This document shows positions 55,251 to 62,483 of a stretch of 64,000 nucleotides of DNA, in pieces (the first letter of the stretch is position 1; each line of letters begins with the position of its first letter). The notes under the pieces were generated by a model that worked only from the letters and a program-made list of their open reading frames with translations, made no database searches and was not told the origin of the DNA. The DNA comes from an uncultured Pseudomonadales bacterium. GTDB lineage: Bacteria; Patescibacteriota; Microgenomatia; UBA1400; PJMF01. Location: assembly GCA_964574595.1 (NCBI GenBank), contig CAZNOF010000009.1, positions 2,996-66,995 on the forward strand. The letters are read 5' to 3'. The translations under genes were made by a program, and so were the position numbers.

Positions 55251-56213
55251 ATGTCTAAAAAACTCAGTGCTATCCTTTTCTTGTTGGGCATTTTTTGTGC
55301 CTTGACCAGCTTCTCCAGTCCAGCCTTTGCGGCCTCACCGGTCCCAGCTGTAAAGAAGGTGAGTCCAACTCCCAGCCCTTCAGACATCCCGGTTGTTGCC
55401 ACCACTTCGGCAATCGCCACGGAGAGTGCAGTTGCTACTCCAGCAGCTCAAGTTGAACAAGTCATACAACAGAAAAATGACAAAGACATTACGGAAACCA
55501 CGAGTAAGCAGAAAGATAAGCTAGTTGAAATTTTGGATCAGAATCCGATCCAACCTGCTTCCTGGTACAACTTCTTACAACATGGCGTCCGCCGAGCAAT
55601 TTCCAATGGGGTACCAGCAAACATTATTGTCTTAATTCTGTTGTTTCCAGTGATCACATCCGTCATTTCATTCTCACGCCACGTAGTCGGGTTGAAAGGC
55701 TTTGGTGTTTACACTCCAGCAGTTTTAGCTGTGGCTTTTGTATCTACCGGAATTGTGAATGGAATCCTGTTGTTTGTAATCGTACTACTTGCCGCTATGT
55801 TCATGAGAAAGCTACTCAGCAGATTAAACTTACAGTATTTGCCCAGAACGGCCATGTTACTCTGGGGCGTTTCCATCGTCACACTGGTTGTTTTAATGGC
55901 TGCTTCCTTCTCACAATTTAGCAACTTATTTATTATTAATATTTTCCCATTATTAATCATCATGTTGTTAACTGAGAACTTTATGGAATCACAACTGGCG
56001 AGTAGTCAGTCAGAAGCTCTTCAGTTAACGCTAGAGACGTTGCTGACAGCAGTTGTTTGTTCTCTCATTATTAGTTCTGATCTCGTCCAAAAATACGTCA
56101 TTCTTCAACCAGAACTGACATTACTTATCGTGGCAGTGGTGAACATCATCGTTGGCCGATACTCTGGATTGAGACTCTTGGAATGGATCAGATTTCGCTC
56201 AGTAATTGAATAA
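55251..56213 (+). CDS. signal peptide + Ala/Ser/Thr/Pro-rich linker + 6-7 TM domain protein (7TM_transglut-like)
   Basis: SP MSKKLSAILFLLGIFCALTSFSSPAFA, a low-complexity linker, then about 7 TM helices. TATAAT ends 7 nt before the ATG. Confidence 0.4.
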   Translation: MSKKLSAILFLLGIFCALTSFSSPAFAASPVPAVKKVSPTPSPSDIPVVATTSAIATESAVATPAAQVEQVIQQKNDKDITETTSKQKDKLVEILDQNPIQPASWYNFLQHGVRRAISNGVPANIIVLILLFPVITSVISFSRHVVGLKGFGVYTPAVLAVAFVSTGIVNGILLFVIVLLAAMFMRKLLSRLNLQYLPRTAMLLWGVSIVTLVVLMAASFSQFSNLFIINIFPLLIIMLLTENFMESQLASSQSEALQLTLETLLTAVVCSLIISSDLVQKYVILQPELTLLIVAVVNIIVGRYSGLRLLEWIRFRSVIE

Positions 56214-56220
56214 TCATTCT

Positions 56221-57504
56221 ATGCCAAAAGCACGCGATTTATTGGGCATGAACGCCCGCAACCAGCTTTATACTTCACTCAATTCCAGTAATGCAAAGCG
56301 TTTTGGAACCTCAAAGTACGCTACGAAAATTTTGCTAGAAGGCAAGAATATTCCTACTGCCAAAGTCTTTGGGATTTTGGGAACGAATGAAGACGTCAAA
56401 GACTTTCCGTGGGAAACCATGGAGAAAAATTTTGTGGTGAAACCCTCAAATGGAAACGGTGGAAAAGGAATTGCCATTTTTAGAACCCAACAACCTGACA
56501 AGCAGCATTGGCTAGATGCCATTGGCCAATCCTGGAGTCTTGATGACATTAAACTGCACTGTGCAGACATTTTGGAGGGTGAGTACAGTACCTATGGTGC
56601 TAACCCAACCATCATTGTGGAAGAGCGCGTTCCTATTCATTCGAAATTTTTAAAGTATGTTTATAAAGGTACTCCAGATATCCGAGTGATTGTTTTTAAT
56701 CACGTCCCAGTCATGTCCATGCTGCGCTTACCTACCAAAGAATCAGAAGGTAAAGCCAACTTACACCAGGGAGCAATTGCTGTTGGAATTGATATGTTTT
56801 CAGGTGTCACAACCTTTGCCATTACGGGTGACGGCACACCCATTTCAGTATTGCCCGATTCAAAGAGAAAATTAAATGGCATCAAAATTCCATCTTGGAA
56901 ACAGGCATTAGAAATCGCTGTTCAAGCTGCTGATGCCGCCGGCTTAGTTTTCTGTGGTGTCGACCTGTTTATTCATGAAGAAAAAGGTCCCATGGTGGTG
57001 GAACTCAATGCTAATCCGGGACTTTCTATTCAACTGGCAAATCACGCCGGGCTGAGAAGACGACTTGAAAGAGTAGCTGACATTACGGTGTTGAATCCAG
57101 AGCACGGTGTGCGTATTGGGCAAGCACTTTTTGCAGAAAACTATTCCGATAAAATTAAAGCTGAAGAAGGCTTAGTAATTATCTCTCCTTTTGAAACAGT
57201 GACATTAACGGGAGACAACAAAGTAAAAGAAGAAGTTCCCGCACTGATTAATACTGGTCGATTTAGAAGTGCCATTTCCAGTGATTTAGCAAAGAAATTA
57301 GGCCTAATCGATCTCGATGATTTACTCTGGTACCAACAAGAAAAAGAAGAAGGGAAAGTACCCGTTATTGAAGTGAATTTCAAACTCAAAGATAGAAGAT
57401 CAACCGGCGCGATGGTAGTTTCTAAATCACTTAACAAGTCAAAATACCAATTAGAAATTGGACGCAATGATCTCAAAGGATTCTTAGTAGGAGAAGGAGA
57501 ATGA
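56221..57504 (+). CDS. RimK-like (alpha-L-glutamate-ligase-related) ATP-grasp ligase fused to a C-terminal retropepsin-like (Zn_protease, PF05618-like) domain
   Basis: N-terminal LLGMNARNQLY. ATP-grasp motifs VVKPSNGNGGKGI, DIRVIVF, ANLHQGAIAV, GVDLFIHEEKGPMVVELNANPGLS. C-terminal VPVIEVNFKLKDRRSTGAMVVSK...YQLEIGRNDLKGFLV. The tracked TTG at 56206 is replaced by the ATG at 56221. Confidence 0.55.
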   Translation: MPKARDLLGMNARNQLYTSLNSSNAKRFGTSKYATKILLEGKNIPTAKVFGILGTNEDVKDFPWETMEKNFVVKPSNGNGGKGIAIFRTQQPDKQHWLDAIGQSWSLDDIKLHCADILEGEYSTYGANPTIIVEERVPIHSKFLKYVYKGTPDIRVIVFNHVPVMSMLRLPTKESEGKANLHQGAIAVGIDMFSGVTTFAITGDGTPISVLPDSKRKLNGIKIPSWKQALEIAVQAADAAGLVFCGVDLFIHEEKGPMVVELNANPGLSIQLANHAGLRRRLERVADITVLNPEHGVRIGQALFAENYSDKIKAEEGLVIISPFETVTLTGDNKVKEEVPALINTGRFRSAISSDLAKKLGLIDLDDLLWYQQEKEEGKVPVIEVNFKLKDRRSTGAMVVSKSLNKSKYQLEIGRNDLKGFLVGEGE

Positions 57505-58469
57505 GCGATCTACTCACAGATTTGATCCCAACCAACTTTCAAACTGAAAAAGTGAAATTTTTTCAAGATTTTTCGTACAATCCACAACTCACTTACGTTC
57601 GCACATTTACCAAAGCAGAGCTTACTCGTTGGGGAAAACCAAACGCAGAGCTAACTAAACATGCCGAGAAAATGCTCAAGGCATACGTGCCAATCACCGA
57701 ACAAGAAACGTATGTTGATGAAGAATACATTTTACAAAAGATTGAATTATTTAACCAAATGTACCATGTCAAAGAACCAATCATTGCCAGTTTTTCCAAA
57801 CAACAGGTAACCAAATGCAGGGTTAATGGTAACCATATTTACTTTCAGCTACCAATTCGTTACACGGCCAGTAAACTAGCCGACTTACTTCGTCACGAAC
57901 TTGAAACGCACGTGTTACGTTTTCTCAACAATCAACAACAAGATTGGGGAGCCAAGAAAATTGATGGAATTAGCTTTAGAAAAACAGAAGAAGGACTAGC
58001 TGGATTACACACCCACTTATTAAGAAAAGATAAAGTCATTCGCAAAAGTTACTTAACTTACTTGGCTGTTTCTACCGCGCAAAAAGCTTCATTCTCAGAA
58101 GTATTTCGTGTGATGCGAGAACAAAAAGTTTCACCGGAAACATCCTGGAATATTGCTTTGCGAACAAAACGTGGAGTTGAGGATACATCACAACCAGGTG
58201 GACTGACCAAAGATATTAGTTATCTTGAAGGTAGTGTGCTCGTTTGGCAGTGGCTTATGAAATCAGGCAATCACGCTAAAGATTTATATATCGGCAGAAT
58301 TGGACTGGCTGACCTTCCAGATTTCCTTCCCATGGCAAAAAAAGAGAATCTCGTTTATCCTCACTTCTTAGATGACTATGAGCAGTATATTTCACACATG
58401 GATGAGATTGGAAAAGTAAATCACTTTGACCAACTCACATTTACATATGACGGAACAAACACACCTTAA
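57501..58469 (+). CDS. QEGLA-motif (DUF1704-like) protein
   Basis: KTEEGLAGLHTHLL (a QEGLA-like motif) and HELETH. ATGA overlap with the upstream gene; SD GGAGAAGGAGA. Confidence 0.45.
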   Translation: MSDLLTDLIPTNFQTEKVKFFQDFSYNPQLTYVRTFTKAELTRWGKPNAELTKHAEKMLKAYVPITEQETYVDEEYILQKIELFNQMYHVKEPIIASFSKQQVTKCRVNGNHIYFQLPIRYTASKLADLLRHELETHVLRFLNNQQQDWGAKKIDGISFRKTEEGLAGLHTHLLRKDKVIRKSYLTYLAVSTAQKASFSEVFRVMREQKVSPETSWNIALRTKRGVEDTSQPGGLTKDISYLEGSVLVWQWLMKSGNHAKDLYIGRIGLADLPDFLPMAKKENLVYPHFLDDYEQYISHMDEIGKVNHFDQLTFTYDGTNTP

Positions 58470-59427
58470 CGCCAGCTCTCGAATCATGTTTGAAGAAGCT
58501 CAAAAAATGGGTATCTCTTGTCAGACATTTGGCGATCACGAAACAGTTTTAATGAAATTGGACAACCTACAATGGTTCGTGCGTGGTTCAAGAACGTCAG
58601 CTCAATCTTCCGTTGGAAAAACCATCGCTGATTACAAGCCGCTTACTAAAAAAATCCTGACCGCCTCAAACCTTCCAACTGCAAAAGGGATAGTTGTTCG
58701 TTCGGTTGACGATCTTGATCAACTAAAAGACTTTCACTTTCCCGTCGTGATGAAGCCGCTAGCAGAGAGACATGGCAAAGGTGTTGTGGTCGGTGTAAAA
58801 GACATTCCGGCCGTGGAAGAAGAGCTTAAAAAAAGTGATCAAGCAATGTTGATAGAAGAGTCACTCAAAGGAACTGAATACCGCATCATCTGTGTAAACT
58901 ACAAATTTGTGGCAGCGGCATTTAGAAAACCTGCACACGTAGTTGGAGATGGCAAAAGGACCATTCAAGAACTCGTGACAGAAAAGAATAAACATCCATG
59001 GAGAGGTGAGGGTCATAGTAACAACCTCAGTCTGATTCAAATTGACGAGATCGTGATGGCAAATTTAGCAGAACAAAGCATGACATTGGACAGCGTTCCA
59101 TCTGCAAAACAAGAAGTGTTACTTCGAAAAACGGCTAATCTTTCTACTGGAGGAGAAGCATGGGATGTTTCAGCTGATGTATCTGACGAAAATAAAAAAC
59201 TATTTGAGGACATCGCCAAAGCATGCGATTTGAATGTGGCTGGAATCGATATGATGTGTCAAAACCTGACAGATCCAATCACTAAACAGTCACAAGCTGG
59301 AGTGATTGAAGTCAATGCGTCTCCAGGCTTAAGGATGCATCATTATCCAATGCAGGGTCAACCTATCAATGTAGCGAAAATCATTTTAGAGTTTGTTATT
59401 TCAAAGGAAAAAGTATGCCAAAGTTAG
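58426..59427 (+). CDS. stand-alone cyanophycin-synthetase-like ATP-grasp ligase (paralog 1)
   Basis: LRKTANLSTGGEAWDVSADVSDEN...NVAGIDMMC...GVIEVNASPGLRMHHYPMQGQPINVAKIILEFV closely mirrors the CphA ATP-grasp core. 5' end ambiguous (TTG 58426, ATG 58447 or 58486). Confidence 0.55.
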   Translation: MTNSHLHMTEQTHLNASSRIMFEEAQKMGISCQTFGDHETVLMKLDNLQWFVRGSRTSAQSSVGKTIADYKPLTKKILTASNLPTAKGIVVRSVDDLDQLKDFHFPVVMKPLAERHGKGVVVGVKDIPAVEEELKKSDQAMLIEESLKGTEYRIICVNYKFVAAAFRKPAHVVGDGKRTIQELVTEKNKHPWRGEGHSNNLSLIQIDEIVMANLAEQSMTLDSVPSAKQEVLLRKTANLSTGGEAWDVSADVSDENKKLFEDIAKACDLNVAGIDMMCQNLTDPITKQSQAGVIEVNASPGLRMHHYPMQGQPINVAKIILEFVISKEKVCQS

Positions 59428-60491
59428 ACGCAAATTATTTTTATGTGAATACAAAGCTAGGTGGAAGTAAGAAACGTGACGAAGTGGTCTCCTTTAGTGT
59501 GCAACTGGTTTTAGCTGAAGCAGAAAAGTTGGGCATGAAGGTGGAACACATTACCGGAACAGAAATGTTTCAGCTTGAGTGGAATGGGAAAACGACCTAT
59601 TTTCACGACAGAATTCCACTCAAAACAAGTGAGTTTGCAGTCACCACATGTATGGATAAACACTTAACAAAAATCTTCTTAGACCGTGCCGGAATTCAGT
59701 CACCAAAAGGATATTTAATTGAACAGTCGGATGATGAAGCGTATCAAAAACAAGTTTTTGATGCCTTGCAAAAACCATTAGTTGTGAAGCCCACTCGTGC
59801 CAGTCACGGAGATGGAATTACTCTAGGTGTTACTGATTTTGAAACCTATAAAATGGCTATTCAAAAGGCAATGACCGCTCGAGATTATGCAGATAGTGCT
59901 GTCGAAATTGAAGAAGAATTTACCGGAAAAGAGTACCGTATCACGGTCTCACAAGAAAAAATCATTGGCGTGATGCATCGTATTCCAGCAAACATTGTTG
60001 GCAATGGTGTTTCCACCATTACCGAACTAGTCAAAGAAAAGAATCAACATCCCTTCAGAAATTTATTTGGCGATAACGTGTACCAAGTCTATGGCAAATT
60101 GATTCTAGATGACGATGCCATCACCATCTTAAAGGAACAAGGCTTCACGCCAGATACAGTACTTCCAAAAGATCAAAAAGCCAACATTAAAAAAGTCTCA
60201 AATATGATGGCTGGTGGCGATGCCATCGATTTAACACCTGATATTCATCCATCAGTGCGAGAAATTTGTTTGAAAACCATTCAGGCTATTCCTGGATTGA
60301 GTATTGCCGGTATCGACTTTATGACCAAGGATTTGTTTGCTGAACAAACACCAGACACCTACCGAATTGTAGAAGTAAATCATAATGCTGAATTTGGCAT
60401 TCATCACTTTCCAATGATTGGTGAGCCACAAAATGCGGCTCGTGAATTTTTAACGATTTTGTTTCCTGAATTAAAAGATCGGAAAGAATAA
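59415..60491 (+). CDS. stand-alone cyanophycin-synthetase-like ATP-grasp ligase (paralog 2)
   Basis: KKVSNMMAGGDAIDLTPDIHP...SIAGIDFMTKDL...YRIVEVNHNAEFGIHHFPMIGEPQNAAREFLTILFPE. Collinear with paralog 1. Confidence 0.55.
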   Translation: MPKLDANYFYVNTKLGGSKKRDEVVSFSVQLVLAEAEKLGMKVEHITGTEMFQLEWNGKTTYFHDRIPLKTSEFAVTTCMDKHLTKIFLDRAGIQSPKGYLIEQSDDEAYQKQVFDALQKPLVVKPTRASHGDGITLGVTDFETYKMAIQKAMTARDYADSAVEIEEEFTGKEYRITVSQEKIIGVMHRIPANIVGNGVSTITELVKEKNQHPFRNLFGDNVYQVYGKLILDDDAITILKEQGFTPDTVLPKDQKANIKKVSNMMAGGDAIDLTPDIHPSVREICLKTIQAIPGLSIAGIDFMTKDLFAEQTPDTYRIVEVNHNAEFGIHHFPMIGEPQNAAREFLTILFPELKDRKE

Positions 60492-60492
60492 T

Positions 60493-61257
60493 ATGACAGA
60501 ACTGAACCTTGCACCATTTGGCATCACCCGGTCTGAAAAAGTGGTCTGGCGCTTTCCTGAACAAGCTAAAGATGTTCTAGAAAACATTAAGAGTAAATCA
60601 CTTAGAAAGTTCTTACGAAACGCAAAGGAAGCACTTGCCACTAAGTCTATACGATATGAATATAAGGTATTAAGTGATCAGGATTTTATTGATTGGTTGC
60701 CATATTACACTGAAAAGATGACAGAGAACGGATATCAAATTATTGCATCTACAGAGTGGTTACAAAAAAAACGTGACGCCGGGTTAACCGTGGAAGGCAT
60801 GTTTTTTTATAAAGATGACAAACTCGTGGGAACCGGTATTTTCACCAAGGATCAATCAGAAAAAGCCACATTTGCGTTTAAAGCGAGTGATCGAATTGAT
60901 TTAAGTAATGAAGCAAATTCATCATTAGGAGCAGTCATTGATTACCTCTTTCTAGATGAAATGGTGCAAAAACAAGTCAAAATTATTTCAGCTGGCAGAT
61001 CAAAAAATGCTTTTGGCGTATTAAACAGTTTTGGTTATTTAGACTATAAACTGCGTTTTGGCTATCAGCCATCTGTTGATCCACTGTCACCATTACTAGA
61101 AACGGTGCCTGTCAATGAACAAGGCGTGATTCTTTTTTATGGACTAAAAGATAATAAGTTAGCACTCTACGAATTCAAGCCCAAAGGTTTTGAAATTCAG
61201 TTTGAACAAGCTCGCTTTGCCACACCAGAGTTGCCATTCGTGGTGATTGAGTATTAA
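60493..61257 (+). CDS. hypothetical protein (254 aa), last gene of the ligase cluster
   Basis: ORF tightly packed 2 nt after the ligase stop. No confident motif; possibly a GNAT-like fold. Confidence 0.35.
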   Translation: MTELNLAPFGITRSEKVVWRFPEQAKDVLENIKSKSLRKFLRNAKEALATKSIRYEYKVLSDQDFIDWLPYYTEKMTENGYQIIASTEWLQKKRDAGLTVEGMFFYKDDKLVGTGIFTKDQSEKATFAFKASDRIDLSNEANSSLGAVIDYLFLDEMVQKQVKIISAGRSKNAFGVLNSFGYLDYKLRFGYQPSVDPLSPLLETVPVNEQGVILFYGLKDNKLALYEFKPKGFEIQFEQARFATPELPFVVIEY

Positions 61258-61294
61258 ATTTCTCAAGTAATTTGCTTCCATCTGTTAAAATAGC

Positions 61295-62392
61295 ATGATG
61301 TCTAAAAAAGTTGCCCTAGGGATGTCCGGAGGAGTCGATTCCTCACTGTCTGCTCATTTTTTAAAAGAGCAAGGTTTTGACGTAACTGGTGTCTACTTAG
61401 AATGCTGGCGCGCTCCTGGCTGCCGAACAGAAGAAGATCGAAAAGATGCACTGGCTGTGGCCCTACAATTAGACATTCCTTTCCAGGTTTTAGACTTCAA
61501 GCAAGCTTACAAAGACAAAGTAGTTGAGTATTTTTTTGACGAGTATCAAAAAGGCAGAACTCCAAATCCAGATGTAATGTGCAACAAAGAAATTAAATTT
61601 GGCCTCTTTTATGATTGGGCGATGGCAAATGGATTTGATTACATTGCGACTGGCCACTATGCCCAAGTTAGTCCCACATTTCAATTAATGACTTCTAAAG
61701 ATCAACATAAAGATCAGACGTATTTTCTATATCGAATGAAGAAAGAGCAGTTGAAGCATGTCTTGTTTCCAGTTGGCCATTTAACCAAGCCAGAGGTAAG
61801 AAAAGAAGCTGAAGCCCGCAAACTGGCAGTGGCGAGCAAGAAAGATTCTGTTGGAATTTGTTTTATTGGAGATATCAATGTCCACGAGTTCTTGAAAGAA
61901 CGTCTAGGCGAAAATCCTGGGAAAGTCGTAGATACGGCTGGAAATGTGATTGGTGAACATCAAGGATTGTGGTTTTACACAGTAGGACAGCGCCACGGCT
62001 TTACGATATTTCCGAAAACAATGATTGAGCAAAGTGACGGCACCAAAATAGATAAACACAATATTCCACCTTTTTATGTGATTCGCAAAAATCCAAAACA
62101 GAATGAGCTGGTAGTTGGTTTTGGAGCGGAAACCTATCAAGCAGATTTCACTGTCAAAGATATTCATTGGATTATTACCGAACCTGTAACCACATCACTA
62201 CTCGTCAGAATTCGTCACACTGGTCAGCTCTTTCCTTGCCAAGTAGAGAAGAGCGAAAATGAATTGAAAGTTACTTTAGATGAATCAGTTCAAGGTATTG
62301 CGGAAGGTCAATCAGCCGTTTTTTACACCCCGACTCCTGATTCCAAAGACGAAACCTACATTTGTTTAGGTGGCGGTGTGATCACGCTTTAG
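61295..62392 (+). CDS. mnmA: tRNA-specific 2-thiouridylase
   Basis: PP-loop ALGMSGGVDSS, catalytic Cys region CNKEIKFG, 365 aa. Confidence 0.85.
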   Translation: MMSKKVALGMSGGVDSSLSAHFLKEQGFDVTGVYLECWRAPGCRTEEDRKDALAVALQLDIPFQVLDFKQAYKDKVVEYFFDEYQKGRTPNPDVMCNKEIKFGLFYDWAMANGFDYIATGHYAQVSPTFQLMTSKDQHKDQTYFLYRMKKEQLKHVLFPVGHLTKPEVRKEAEARKLAVASKKDSVGICFIGDINVHEFLKERLGENPGKVVDTAGNVIGEHQGLWFYTVGQRHGFTIFPKTMIEQSDGTKIDKHNIPPFYVIRKNPKQNELVVGFGAETYQADFTVKDIHWIITEPVTTSLLVRIRHTGQLFPCQVEKSENELKVTLDESVQGIAEGQSAVFYTPTPDSKDETYICLGGGVITL

Positions 62393-62483
62393 TGACACTA
62401 TCGAACAATTCTTCAGGCTTGTTTTTTTTGTACTAATTATTATGATACTGATATCATTTGATTTATTAAAGTTCGACACACTT

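Noticed and set aside
57840-57900. HELETH in the QEGLA protein as a zincin HExxH active site
   Set aside because: The spacing is HExxxH, not HExxH. I am not claiming a metallopeptidase active site without an alignment.
62393-62483. T8 run after mnmA as a terminator
   Set aside because: No convincing GC-rich hairpin precedes the T-run.
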